DNA from: Jhaorihella sp.
GTDB lineage: Bacteria > Pseudomonadota > Alphaproteobacteria > Rhodobacterales > Rhodobacteraceae
DNA length: 64,000 nt
Direction of reading: 5' to 3'
Assembly: GCA_047975215.1 (NCBI GenBank)
Contig: JBKEDD010000042.1
Location: 21,946 to 85,945 of the forward strand
Below are positions 47,036-56,481 of the stretch, piece by piece; the first letter of the stretch is position 1; each line of letters begins with the position of its first letter. The notes below the pieces were generated by a model. The model saw only the letters and a list, made by a program, of their open reading frames with translations, was not told where the DNA came from and did not search any database. A program made the position numbers and the translations under genes.

Positions 47036-48060
47036 CCCGCAGGCGCGCCCTGGTGATCGCCCCCGGGCGGGGCACCTACAACAAGGAAGAGCTTGGCTAT
47101 CTCGCACGCCATCACGGCGCGCGGGGCGACATGCTGGCCCGGTTCGACGCGCTGCGGCGGCAGGCCGGGCAGGCGGGTGTCAGCGAACTGGACGGGGCGG
47201 CACGGTTTACCGTGTCGCGCTACAGCCGGGGCGACAACGCCTCGGCGCTGATCCATGCCTGCGCGGTGGCCGATTTCGACGCCATCGACCGCGATGCCTA
47301 TGACATCGTCGCCGTGACCGGCAATTCGATGGGCTGGTACGTCGCGCTGGCCTGCGGCGGCGCGCTGGATGAGGCGGGCGGGTTCACGCTGACCAACACC
47401 ATGGGCACGCTGATGCAGCAGGCGCTGATCGGCGGGCAGATGATCTATCCCTTCGTCGATGCGGACTGGCGCGAGATTCCGGGCCGGCGGGATGAAATCC
47501 TGACCCTGATCGAACGCACCGAGGGCTTGTATCTGTCCATCATGCTGGGCGGCATGCTGGTTCTGGCCGGAAACGAGGCTGCGCTGGATCATGCCGAGCG
47601 GCAATTGCCCCGGGTACAGGAGCGGTTTCCGATGCGGCTGGCAAATCATGCCGCGTTTCACACGCCGTTGCAGGGGCCGGTCTCGGACCGCGGCAAGGCG
47701 GCGCTGCCCCTTGCGATGTTCCGCGCGCCAGAACTGGCGCTGATCGACGGGCGCGGACAGATCTGGTGGCGCCATGCCACCGACCCCGAAGCCCTTCGCG
47801 ACTACACGCTGGGCCATCAGGTGGTCGCGCCCTACGATTTCACCGGAGCCGTGCGCACGGGGCTGCGCGAATTCGCCCCCGATGTCGTCATCGTGCTGGG
47901 GCCGGGGCGCACGCTGGGCGGGGCCGTCGTGCAATCGCTGATCGGCTGCGGCTGGCAGGGGCTGGAGGGCAAGGCCGATTTCCAGGCCCGCAACCGGGAT
48001 CGGCCAATGATCCTGTCCATGGGCGTGGACGAGCAGCGCGAACAGGTCGTGGCCGGCTGA
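47032..48060 (+). CDS. FabD-like acyltransferase (malonyl-CoA:ACP transacylase fold)
   Basis: ATGA overlaps the E1 stop. GNSMGWY nucleophile-elbow (GxSxG) and a downstream H in ANHAAFHTP. Confidence 0.65.
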   Translation: MTRRRALVIAPGRGTYNKEELGYLARHHGARGDMLARFDALRRQAGQAGVSELDGAARFTVSRYSRGDNASALIHACAVADFDAIDRDAYDIVAVTGNSMGWYVALACGGALDEAGGFTLTNTMGTLMQQALIGGQMIYPFVDADWREIPGRRDEILTLIERTEGLYLSIMLGGMLVLAGNEAALDHAERQLPRVQERFPMRLANHAAFHTPLQGPVSDRGKAALPLAMFRAPELALIDGRGQIWWRHATDPEALRDYTLGHQVVAPYDFTGAVRTGLREFAPDVVIVLGPGRTLGGAVVQSLIGCGWQGLEGKADFQARNRDRPMILSMGVDEQREQVVAG

Positions 48061-48158
48061 CAGGTAGCCGCCCCGGTGGCGCGGACCCGCAATTCGATAC
48101 ATCGAAATCCGGGCACGACCGAGGTTCGCGCCCGGCCCCGAGGGTGGGCGCGGACCTG

Positions 48159-48215
48159 ATCGCGGGACGATCCGGGGGCAATTGATAGATATTGCGAACT
48201 CTGGATTCGGGTGAC
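48159..48215. repeat. ~55-nt structured repeat, copy A (left boundary of the accessory segment)
   Basis: Exact 14-mer cgatccgggggcaa and exact 10-mer ttcgggtgac, with the same order and 38-nt offset as 53738-53792. About four-fifths identical overall by hand alignment. Confidence 0.6.
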
Positions 48216-48262
48216 CGGGGCGAAGGACTGCGCGTTCCGGCCCGGACAAGGGGCGCCCGGTA

Positions 48263-48291
48263 TTGCCATATGGCAGCATGTGCATTATATA
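48263..48291 (+). promoter_or_regulatory. Promoter TTGCCA-N17-TATATA with embedded 12-bp palindrome TGCCATATGGCA (antitoxin operator)
   Basis: Palindrome at 48264-48275 overlaps the -35. AAGGAG SD precedes ATG 48311. Confidence 0.55.
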
Positions 48292-48310
48292 GTGCCATAA
48301 GGAGAGTCCC

Positions 48311-48721
48311 ATGTCGCTGCAACCGCTTGAAACCAGTGCGCAGGATTTCGACGCCGATCCGATCACCGATGCGGAAGGCGCTGCCATGTTGCGCGCCGTC
48401 CTCACGCTGTTTGGCAAATGGGACATCACCGACGAACAGGCTGCGACGCTTCTGGATCTGGGGCTGCGGACCTATCGGCGCTGGAAGACCGGACAGCCCG
48501 GGCGGCTCGACCGCGATACCAGGGCGCGGCTGTCCAACATCCTTGGTATCCACAAGGCGTTGCGCATTCTCTTTAGCGAACCGCGCCGCGCCTATGCCTG
48601 GGTCAAGGCGCCAAACGCTGCGTTCGCGGGCGAAACCGCGCTTGCGATCATGCTGCGGGGCGAACTGACCGATCTCATGCGGGTGCGCCGCTATCTCGAC
48701 GCCGAGCGCGGCGCCTGGTGA
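48311..48721 (+). CDS. Xre-like antitoxin with DUF2384 (ParS/MbcA-type)
   Basis: 136 aa. The C-terminal ..AFAGETALAIMLRGELTDLMRVRRYLDAERG pattern is typical of RES-system antitoxins. GTGA overlaps the toxin. Confidence 0.75.
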   Translation: MSLQPLETSAQDFDADPITDAEGAAMLRAVLTLFGKWDITDEQAATLLDLGLRTYRRWKTGQPGRLDRDTRARLSNILGIHKALRILFSEPRRAYAWVKAPNAAFAGETALAIMLRGELTDLMRVRRYLDAERGAW

Positions 48722-49428
48722 TCTCGCCCCGCGCCGTTCCCGTCACGCACCTGCACTGGCAACGCGGCGTCCGCATTATCCGCAGCGTGCATCCCCCTAT
48801 CGACCTGTTCGAGGATATCGCCGACCCCGAAGACTGGCCGCTGCTGATCGCTGCCGAGCAGAAGACGAACCCGCGGCTGATGGAGAGTATCGGCAATCTT
48901 GACCTGATCCCGCCCGCGCGCCGCGTCGCGGGGCCGGGGGCAAGCTTTCTGATGGCGCCGTTCACGCATACCAGCCCGGACCGCCCGAGCCGGTTTTCCG
49001 ATGGCCGTCTGGGGGTTCTGTATGTCGCAGCCGATTTCGAGACGGCGGTGCATGAAACCATACACCATCACGCGCGATTCATGGCCGCGACCGAGCAACC
49101 GCCGGGCTGGACATCGCAATTTCGCGAACTGGCGATCGAGGTTCAGGCCCCTTTGCATGACATCCGGGGGCTGGGCAGGGAGGTGCGGCATCTGCTTGAT
49201 CCGGACGACTACGCCGCCGCGCAGGACTTTGGGGCAAGGCTCAGGGCGGCGGGCGGTCAGGGTATCGTCTATCCCAGCGTGCGCGCGCCCGGCGATTGCG
49301 CCGGGCTGTTCTTTCCCGATCTGGCGCGCAACCCGGTACAGCGCCGGCATCTGGATTATCACTGGAACGGCACTTCGGTCGATCTGGTGCGCGACCAGGC
49401 AACCCGCGAGGTGTTTCGCGTGGTATGA
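48718..49428 (+). CDS. RES-domain toxin (NAD+-degrading ParT/MbcT type)
   Basis: 236 aa with spaced R (RFSDG), E (FETAVHE) and S (YPSVR) residues. Confidence 0.75.
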   Translation: MISPRAVPVTHLHWQRGVRIIRSVHPPIDLFEDIADPEDWPLLIAAEQKTNPRLMESIGNLDLIPPARRVAGPGASFLMAPFTHTSPDRPSRFSDGRLGVLYVAADFETAVHETIHHHARFMAATEQPPGWTSQFRELAIEVQAPLHDIRGLGREVRHLLDPDDYAAAQDFGARLRAAGGQGIVYPSVRAPGDCAGLFFPDLARNPVQRRHLDYHWNGTSVDLVRDQATREVFRVV

Positions 49429-49502
49429 GGCGGTCGTGGCGCGACCCCGGCGTTGTGCCGCCCCGGGCTCGGGCGGGCGCGAGAAAAACGCAGCCACGCA
49501 TC

Positions 49503-49533
49503 TTGACCTTCCAGTGAGTGGAAGGCCTATCTG
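49503..49533 (+). promoter_or_regulatory. CueR/MerR-type promoter: TTGACC-19 bp-TATCTG with dyad CCTTCCA-N5-TGGAAGG
   Basis: Read directly upstream of copA. The 19-bp spacer and the dyad centred in it are the MerR-family hallmark. Confidence 0.8.
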
Positions 49534-49562
49534 AGGGTGATCCGTCAGAAGGGGGCCGCACC

Positions 49563-52091
49563 ATGGCGCAGAACCAGCACATGAACGTTTCGGTCGAAGG
49601 CATGTCCTGCGCGTCCTGCGTTGGGCGGGTGGAACGGGCGGTGGCGGCCGTGCCGGGCGCCGAAAACGTCTCGGTGAACCTGCCGGGCGAAACCGTGCAG
49701 TTCGACCTGGCGGACGGGGGCGATATCGCCCATGTCGTGTCGGCACTTGCGCGCGCGGGCTATCCCGCGCGCATCGGGAGCGCGATTCTCAACATATCGT
49801 CGATGTCCTGCGCCTCTTGCGTCGGGCGGGTCGACCGGGCGCTGGCGGCGGTTCCGGGCGTTGTCGGGGTCAATGTCAACCTGGCTGCGGAAACCGCGAC
49901 CGTCAGCTTCCTGGAAGGTGCTCTCGGCGTGTCCGACCTGATCGCGGCGGCATCTGCCGCGGGCTATCCTGCCGACCCGGTGCATGATGCATCGGGCGAA
50001 GACCGCGACGCCCGCAAGGAAAGCGAGGCGCGCGATCTGGCGCGGCGCGCGGCTCTGGCCGCGGCAATGGCCATGCCCGTGTTCGTGATAGAGATGGGTG
50101 CGCATGTGATACCGGGCATGCACGACCTGATCGCGGCAACGATCGGACGGCAGACAAGCTGGCTGATCCAGTTCATCCTGACGACAGGGGTTCTGGCCGG
50201 TCCGGGCCGGACCTTCTTTGCCAGGGGCATTCCGGCGCTTCTGCGCGGCGCACCCGACATGAACAGCCTCGTCGCGCTGGGTACGGGCGCGGCCTGGGTG
50301 TTCTCCGTCGTCGCCACCTTCCTGCCGGGGCTGTTGCCCGAGGGTACACGCGCGGTTTATTTCGAGGCCGCGGCGGTGATCGTCGTGCTGATCCTGCTGG
50401 GCCGCTGGATGGAGGCGCGGGCCAAGGGCCGTACCGGGGCGGCAATACGCAAGCTGCTGGGTTTGCAGGCCCGGACCGCCCGGGTCATTCGCGACGGCGA
50501 GGTTCTGGAAGTGGCTATCGACGCCCTTCGCGTCGGCGATCTGCTGCAGGTGCGCCCCGGCGAACGCATCGCCGTCGATGGCGAGGTGACGGACGGGCAA
50601 AGCCATGTGGATGAAAGCATGATCACGGGCGAGCCCGTGCCGGTAGCCAAGTCGCCGGGCGATCCGGTCACAGGCGGGACGGTCAACGGGGCCGGGGGCT
50701 TCAGGTTCCGCGCTACACGGGTCGGGGCTGACACGACATTGTCGCAGATCATCCGCATGGTGCAGCAGGCGCAGGGATCCAAGCTGCCGATCCAGGGGCT
50801 TGTGGACCGCATCACCCTTTGGTTTGTGCCGGCCGTGATGGCGGCGGCGGCCCTAACCGTGTTCGTGTGGCTGGCGTTCGGACCGCCCCCGGCGCTGTCC
50901 TTTGCGCTGGTGGCGGGCGTTTCGGTGCTGATTATCGCCTGCCCCTGCGCCATGGGCTTGGCTACGCCGACCTCGATCATGGTCGGTACCGGACGGGCCG
51001 CTGAAATGGGCGTGCTGTTCCGCAAGGGTGACGCGCTGCAGCGATTGGCCGGCGTCGACGTCGTGGCTCTGGACAAGACCGGCACCCTTACCGAGGGTCG
51101 GCCAGAGCTGAGCGAACTGGTGCTGGCAGAGGGTTTCGACAGGGCCGAAGTGCTGGCGCTGGTGGCGGCGGTCGAGACGCAATCGGAGCATCCCATCGGC
51201 GCCGCGGTGGTGCGTGCGGCCCGCGCCGAGGGGATCGCCCTCGACCGGGTCGAGAGCTTCCGCTCGATCACCGGGCTGGGTGTCTCTGCCCGGGTGGGCG
51301 GGCACGAGGTTCTGGTCGGTGCCGACAGGCTGATGGCGCGCGAAGGGCTGGACACTGGCGCGCTGTCAAGGCGCGAACGCGAACTGGCGCGCGGCGGGCA
51401 TACCGCGCTGTTTGCCGCGGTCGACGGACGCGTCGCGGCGGTGATCGCGGTTGCGGATCGGGTGAAACCGTCCAGCGCGGCGGCAGTCCGGGCGCTTCAC
51501 GACAGGGGACTCAGGGTCGCGATGATCACCGGCGACAAGCCCGAGACAGCCGAAACGATCGCGGCCGAAACGGGTATCGATCATGTCATCGCCGGCGTAT
51601 TGCCCGAAGGCAAGGTTGCCGCGCTGGACGAACTGCGCGAGGGCGGCAGGTGCGTCGCCTTCGTCGGCGACGGGATCAACGACGCCCCCGCGCTGGCCCA
51701 CGCCGACGTCGGCATTGCCATCGGAACCGGTACTGATGTGGCCATCGAAAGCGCCGATGTCGTGCTGATGTCGGGCGACCTGCGCGGCGTGGTGAACGCC
51801 TGTCAGGTCTCGGCCGGAACCATGCGCAATATCCGGCAGAACCTGTTCTGGGCTTTCGGCTACAACGTGGCGCTCATCCCGGTGGCGGCAGGGGTGCTCT
51901 ACCCGGCGTTCGGGGTGCTTCTGTCCCCCGTTCTCGCCGCCGGTGCGATGGCGCTGTCTTCGGTGTTCGTGTTGTCCAATGCGCTGCGTCTGCGCCGGAT
52001 CGCCCCGGCGATGGATGAAACCGCGATGCCGCCCGCCGCTTTTGCGCAAAGCGCGCCGCCGCTTTCGGCGACGGCGAAACAAGGAGGATAG
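49563..52091 (+). CDS. copA: Cu(I)-translocating P1B-type ATPase with two N-terminal HMA domains
   Basis: Two [10 protein letters not shown] motifs, [18 protein letters not shown]. Start [13 protein letters not shown] follows AAGGGGG. Confidence 0.9.
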   Translation: MAQNQHMNVSVEGMSCASCVGRVERAVAAVPGAENVSVNLPGETVQFDLADGGDIAHVVSALARAGYPARIGSAILNISSMSCASCVGRVDRALAAVPGVVGVNVNLAAETATVSFLEGALGVSDLIAAASAAGYPADPVHDASGEDRDARKESEARDLARRAALAAAMAMPVFVIEMGAHVIPGMHDLIAATIGRQTSWLIQFILTTGVLAGPGRTFFARGIPALLRGAPDMNSLVALGTGAAWVFSVVATFLPGLLPEGTRAVYFEAAAVIVVLILLGRWMEARAKGRTGAAIRKLLGLQARTARVIRDGEVLEVAIDALRVGDLLQVRPGERIAVDGEVTDGQSHVDESMITGEPVPVAKSPGDPVTGGTVNGAGGFRFRATRVGADTTLSQIIRMVQQAQGSKLPIQGLVDRITLWFVPAVMAAAALTVFVWLAFGPPPALSFALVAGVSVLIIACPCAMGLATPTSIMVGTGRAAEMGVLFRKGDALQRLAGVDVVALDKTGTLTEGRPELSELVLAEGFDRAEVLALVAAVETQSEHPIGAAVVRAARAEGIALDRVESFRSITGLGVSARVGGHEVLVGADRLMAREGLDTGALSRRERELARGGHTALFAAVDGRVAAVIAVADRVKPSSAAAVRALHDRGLRVAMITGDKPETAETIAAETGIDHVIAGVLPEGKVAALDELREGGRCVAFVGDGINDAPALAHADVGIAIGTGTDVAIESADVVLMSGDLRGVVNACQVSAGTMRNIRQNLFWAFGYNVALIPVAAGVLYPAFGVLLSPVLAAGAMALSSVFVLSNALRLRRIAPAMDETAMPPAAFAQSAPPLSATAKQGG

Positions 52092-52094
52092 GGA

Positions 52095-52514
52095 ATGAAT
52101 ATCGGAGATGTCGCCGGCCTGTCGGGCCTTCCGGCCAAGACCATCCGCTATTACGAGGATATCGGCCTGATCCATCCCCGGCGCAGCGGCAATGGCTACC
52201 GCAGCTTTGGGCAGGACGACCTGCACAAGCTGGTTTTCCTGGGTCGCGCCCGGTCGCTGGGTTTCAGCATCGCGGATTGCCGCGATCTGCTGATGCTGTA
52301 CGAGGATACCGGCCGCGCCAGCGCCGACGTGAAACGGATCGCCCGCCAGCATCTCGACCGGATCGACCGCAAGATCGAGGAACTGACCGATATGCGCGCA
52401 ACGCTTGCGCATCTGGTGCAGGCCTGCGCGGGCGACAACCGGCCCGATTGCCCGATTCTGGCCGACCTGGCCGCATCACGCCCGGACAAGGGCAAACCGC
52501 GTCAAAGGCCGTAG
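52095..52514 (+). CDS. cueR: MerR-family Cu(I)-responsive regulator
   Basis: MNIGDVAGLSGLPAKTIRYYEDIGL HTH. C-terminal C..DNRPDC metal loop. Confidence 0.85.
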   Translation: MNIGDVAGLSGLPAKTIRYYEDIGLIHPRRSGNGYRSFGQDDLHKLVFLGRARSLGFSIADCRDLLMLYEDTGRASADVKRIARQHLDRIDRKIEELTDMRATLAHLVQACAGDNRPDCPILADLAASRPDKGKPRQRP

Positions 52515-52576
52515 CGCGACACCGCGATCATGGCCCGGCTCCGACCGCAGGGGAGGCGATCCACCCGGCGGCGCCG

Positions 52577-53203
52577 TCAGCCGTCGCGCAGACGCATCGA
52601 CCTGAACACGAACATCAGAATCAGCATCAGGAAGAACAGCCCGAACACGTCACCGATCAGGAATGCGAAATAGTCGACCGGACCGCTGCCCAGGGCGGCG
52701 TTTATCAGAACGCCGTTCAAGATGGAGATCGCCACGCCTGCCGCCATCACGCATGCCCAGCAGGGTGGGCGGTCGGGCCGCGGAAAGATGTCGCGTCCGA
52801 CCAGCGCCAGCGCATGAAACGTGACCGGCCCGACGGTCAGGGCGATCGCCGACGAGACAAGCTGTTCGGGGCCGAACGCGTCGCCACCGTAAACGAAGGC
52901 GCTGCCGATGAGCGTGCCCGGCAGAAGGGCCGGAACCGCGCGCCAGCCCAGCAGCCAGGCGGCCAGCACGCGCACCCCGTGGGGCAGGAACAGCAGGCTG
53001 GCGCGGCTGGGAAACTCCGGGAAGAAACTGTGCTGGACAGGGGATACGATCAGGATCGTGGCAAAGAACGCCAACAAAAACACACCCGAGGCCGCAAGGG
53101 TCTCGACCAGGATCTGCGGGACCGAACGGATTGGATCGGCCAAGCCCTGCCTCAGCCGTCCCGTCGATTCACGACGTAAAGACCGCGCGTCCGATTCCTG
53201 CAA
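52577..53203 (-). CDS. Hypothetical integral membrane protein (5-6 TM segments)
   Basis: Hydrophobic segments throughout. The track start is TTG 53203, overlapping the wHTH gene by 52 nt. An alternative TTG at 53143 lies 8 nt after the wHTH stop. No family recognised. Confidence 0.5.
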   Translation of the reverse strand: MQESDARSLRRESTGRLRQGLADPIRSVPQILVETLAASGVFLLAFFATILIVSPVQHSFFPEFPSRASLLFLPHGVRVLAAWLLGWRAVPALLPGTLIGSAFVYGGDAFGPEQLVSSAIALTVGPVTFHALALVGRDIFPRPDRPPCWACVMAAGVAISILNGVLINAALGSGPVDYFAFLIGDVFGLFFLMLILMFVFRSMRLRDG

Positions 53204-53445
53204 TGGGAAAGGTAGCCCTTTTCGACAAGCGACCTGAGCGCGCGAAAGAAGGTCGGGCGGGAAATATCCGTTACCAGAGTGTGCCTCATCAGACCCGTGG
53301 TCTGAATGTTATCCTCGGACTTCGCGATGTCGCTGGCAGCATAGAACACGTCGCGCTCGGCCGATGAAAGTTCTTGCAGACCCATGGCCCGTTCCATTCC
53401 CAACAACAGCTTGCGCAGTTCGGCAAGCTTCGAAATCTCCGGCAT
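53152..53445 (-). CDS. Small winged-helix (MarR/ArsR-like) DNA-binding protein
   Basis: 97 aa. ..ISRPTFFRALRSLVEKGYL.. recognition helix. Own promoter TTGCCA-N17-TAAGAT (reverse complement of 53476-53504) and GGAGA SD. More A/T-rich than the surroundings. Confidence 0.6.
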   Translation of the reverse strand: MPEISKLAELRKLLLGMERAMGLQELSSAERDVFYAASDIAKSEDNIQTTGLMRHTLVTDISRPTFFRALRSLVEKGYLSHCRNRTRGLYVVNRRDG

Positions 53446-53557
53446 AGATCGGTCTCCACGATGCGTGTGCGGTGCATCTTACGCGTTCAGGCGGGTGCTG
53501 GCAACAATCGGGGAATAGTATCGTCTTGACACTATTTGGAATTGGCCTAGGCTCCGA

Positions 53558-53650
53558 ATCGGACCGGTCGTTACATGCATGAGTAGTCGCGGCCGGCCCT
53601 GTCGTTCGGTACTGGCACGGCGCCCACCCCCGGGTGTCGTGCCATTTTCG
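53558..53650 (+). ncRNA. Candidate small RNA (orphan promoter-terminator unit)
   Basis: CTTGACA (53525-53531), 16-17 nt spacer, then TAGGCT (53548-53553). Hairpin GGCACG..CACCC-CC-GGGTG..CGTGCC at 53614-53643 is followed by ATTTTCG. No ORF beyond 3 codons. Confidence 0.35.
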
Positions 53651-53737
53651 CGCCATGCGCCCCGCAGGCCGTCACGGGTCTGGCAGCGCCGCCCGGTCTT
53701 CTGATCCGAAGTTTTCCAAGACGACCGATGCCCCCGC

Positions 53738-53792
53738 ATCGCGGCGATCCGGGGGCAACTGACTGATGGTACGAACCTTGGGTTCGGGTGAC
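53738..53792. repeat. ~55-nt structured repeat, copy B (right boundary of the accessory segment; ends on the pckA TAG stop)
   Basis: See copy A. Contains palindrome ATCGC-G-GCGAT and hairpin CGAACC-TTG-GGTTCG. The last nucleotide is the first base of cta (the pckA stop, reverse complement). Confidence 0.6.
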
Positions 53793-55390
53793 TAGCCGAT
53801 GGCGATGGCCTTCACGTCCTCGTCGATATGGGGAACGTACTGTTCGAAATTGTCGGCAAACATCTGCACCAGCTTGGCCGCCTGGGCGTCATAGGCATTC
53901 TGGTCGTCCCATGTGCGCCGCGGGTCCAGCAACACCTCGGCCACGCCTTCGACCGACACCGGCACGTCGAAACCGAAATTCGGATCGCGGCGGAATTCGG
54001 TTTCGGCAAGCGATCCGTCAAGTGCCGCGGTCAGCAATACGCGCGTCGCCTTGATCGGCATCCGGCTGCCTGTGCCATAGGCGCCGCCGGTCCAGCCGGT
54101 ATTGCCCAGCCAGCAGGTAGCCCCGTGCTGGGCGATCTTGTCGCGCAGCAGGTTGCCGTAGACCTCGGGACGGCGGGGCATGAACGGGGCCCCGAAACAG
54201 GTGGAAAACGTCGGTTCCGGCTCGGTCACGCCGCGTTCGGTACCGGCGACCTTGGAAGTGAAGCCGGACAGGAAGTGATACATCGCCTGCGCCGGGGTAA
54301 GCCGTGCAATGGGCGGCAGCACACCGAATGCGTCGCAGGTCAGCATGATGACGTTCTTGGGGTGTCCGCCCAGCGCCGTGGCCGAGGCGTTCGAGATATA
54401 GTGCAGCGGATAGGCGCAACGCATGTTCGCGGTCAGCGAATCGTCCTCGAAATCCAGTTCGAAGGTTTCCTTGTCGAACACCATGTTCTCGATCACGGTG
54501 GCGAACTTGCTGGTGGTTGCGAAGATCTCGGGCTCGGCCTCGGGCGAAAGGCTGATGGTCTTGGCATAGCAGCCGCCTTCGAAGTTGAAGGTGCCCCGGT
54601 CGGACCAGCCATGTTCGTCATCGCCGATCAGCGTGCGGGCGGGATCGGCCGAAAGCGTCGTCTTGCCGGTGCCCGACAGGCCGAAGAAGATCGCGGTATC
54701 GACCGGGTTGCCGGTGGCGTGGTTGGCCGAACAGTGCATGGGCATGACACCCTTTTCCGGCAACAGGTAGTTCAGCAGCGTGAACACCGATTTCTTGTTT
54801 TCGCCGGCATATTCGGTGCCCCCGATCAGGATCAGCCTGGCATCGAAGTTCAGCGCGATCACCGTGTCCGACCGACAGTCGTGGCGTTTCGGGTCGGCCT
54901 TGAAGCCGGGGCAGTTGATGATGGTGAAATCGGCCACGAAATCGTTCAGATCCTCGCGGTCGGGCCGGCGCAGCAGATGGCGGATGAACAGGGCGTGCCA
55001 GGCGAGTTCGGTGACCATGCGGACATTGATCGCGTGCGCCGGATCGGCGCCGCCGACCAGATCCTGTACGAAATAGTCGCGCCCCTTCATGTGTTCCAGC
55101 ATGTCGGCATGCAGCGCGGCAAAGCCCGCGGGCGACATTGCCGCGTTGTTTTCCCACCAGATGCTGTCTGCGACGCTCTCCGTGCGCACTACATGCTTGT
55201 CCTTGGGCGACCTGCCCGTGAACCTGCCGGTGGTCACCAGCAAGGCGCCGCCGTTACCCAATGTGCCTTCGCCGCGCTTCAGCGCCGCTTCGACCAGGGC
55301 CGGCTCCTCAAGGTTGTAGCAGACATCGCCCAGCCCCCCGATGCCCTGATCTTCAAGGCGGAACTGCGGGTTGACCCTTCCGTGTGTCAT
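53792..55390 (-). CDS. pckA: Phosphoenolpyruvate carboxykinase (ATP)
   Basis: 532 aa. [11 protein letters not shown] kinase-1a motif. AGGAGA SD. Confidence 0.95.
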   Translation of the reverse strand: MTHGRVNPQFRLEDQGIGGLGDVCYNLEEPALVEAALKRGEGTLGNGGALLVTTGRFTGRSPKDKHVVRTESVADSIWWENNAAMSPAGFAALHADMLEHMKGRDYFVQDLVGGADPAHAINVRMVTELAWHALFIRHLLRRPDREDLNDFVADFTIINCPGFKADPKRHDCRSDTVIALNFDARLILIGGTEYAGENKKSVFTLLNYLLPEKGVMPMHCSANHATGNPVDTAIFFGLSGTGKTTLSADPARTLIGDDEHGWSDRGTFNFEGGCYAKTISLSPEAEPEIFATTSKFATVIENMVFDKETFELDFEDDSLTANMRCAYPLHYISNASATALGGHPKNVIMLTCDAFGVLPPIARLTPAQAMYHFLSGFTSKVAGTERGVTEPEPTFSTCFGAPFMPRRPEVYGNLLRDKIAQHGATCWLGNTGWTGGAYGTGSRMPIKATRVLLTAALDGSLAETEFRRDPNFGFDVPVSVEGVAEVLLDPRRTWDDQNAYDAQAAKLVQMFADNFEQYVPHIDEDVKAIAIG

Positions 55391-55520
55391 TTTTTCGTCT
55401 CCTGGGGGCGGCGTCGCGCGTCGCGTTTTCGTCCATCATGCCCGTCAGTGACCTACGTCCCGGCAGATGCACAGGGTCTTAGCACGGCAAATTAGTGCGT
55501 GAACAGAAAGGTTTGGGCAG

Positions 55521-55553
55521 TTAGCGCAACCACGGCAAGGTTTAGCGCAACCA
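55521..55553. promoter_or_regulatory. Direct repeat TTAGCGCAACCA x2 with 21-nt phasing in the pckA-chvI intergenic region
   Basis: Exact 12-mers at 55521-55532 and 55542-55553. A second pair, GATTCGCA, lies at 55658-55665 and 55676-55683. Confidence 0.35.
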
Positions 55554-55748
55554 TCTTTTGCGACGGTCGTGTGCGGGCTGGCGGGGTGTTTCCAACCGTG
55601 ACCAAATTCAAACATCGCTAAGATATTTTTGCCTAGATCCCCTGTGAACGGGCGGGTGATTCGCAGTTAAGGATTGATTCGCAACACCAAAAAAGCGATG
55701 AATGAGAGAAAAAGCAGGCAGCAACGAGTAGTATAGGGGCATTTTCAG

Positions 55749-56450
55749 ATGTCGAAAATCGCATTGGTGGACGATGACAGGAATATCCTGACATCGGTTT
55801 CCATGACGCTCGAAGCCGAAGGCTTCGAGGTCGAAACATATAACGATGGTCAGGCCGCGCTCGACGCCTTCAACAAGAAACTGCCGGACATGGCGGTGCT
55901 GGACATCAAGATGCCGCGGATGGACGGCATGGACCTGTTGCAGCGTCTGCGCCAGAAAACCCAGATGCCGGTGATCTTCCTGACCTCCAAGGATGACGAG
56001 ATCGACGAGGTGCTGGGTCTGCGCATGGGGGCTGACGATTATGTCAAGAAACCGTTCTCGCAGCGGCTTCTTGTCGAACGCATCCGTGCGCTGTTGTGCC
56101 GCCAGGAGGCGGTGGCAGGTGATGCCGCCGGTACCGGCCCCGAAACCAAGCTGATGGAGCGCGGACACCTGCGCATGGACCCGTTGCGCCATTCGGTCAG
56201 CTGGAAAGGCCAGGATGTTTCTCTAACCGTGACCGAGTTCCTGCTCTTGCAGGCCCTGGCGCAACGGCCCGGTTTCGTCAAAAGCCGCGATCAGTTGATG
56301 GACGTGGCCTATGACGACCAGGTCTATGTCGACGACCGCACCATCGACAGCCATATCAAGCGTCTGCGCAAGAAGATGCGTACCGTGGACGACGAGTTCT
56401 CGGCGATCGAAACGCTTTATGGTATCGGCTACAGGTACAACGAGGAATAG
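55749..56450 (+). CDS. chvI: OmpR-family response regulator
   Basis: 233 aa. [16 protein letters not shown] receiver plus a winged-helix output domain. Followed by the ChvG-type kinase. Confidence 0.9.
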   Translation: MSKIALVDDDRNILTSVSMTLEAEGFEVETYNDGQAALDAFNKKLPDMAVLDIKMPRMDGMDLLQRLRQKTQMPVIFLTSKDDEIDEVLGLRMGADDYVKKPFSQRLLVERIRALLCRQEAVAGDAAGTGPETKLMERGHLRMDPLRHSVSWKGQDVSLTVTEFLLLQALAQRPGFVKSRDQLMDVAYDDQVYVDDRTIDSHIKRLRKKMRTVDDEFSAIETLYGIGYRYNEE

Positions 56451-56481
56451 GCCCCGGATACGCCGGGACGAGAGGAACACA

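Noticed and set aside
48216-53737. Calling the repeat-bracketed segment a mobile element.
   Set aside because: The segment has no integrase, recombinase, transposase or conjugation gene, and no tRNA target. The repeats are only about 80 percent identical. It is kept as a hypothesis in the findings, not as a mobile_element feature.
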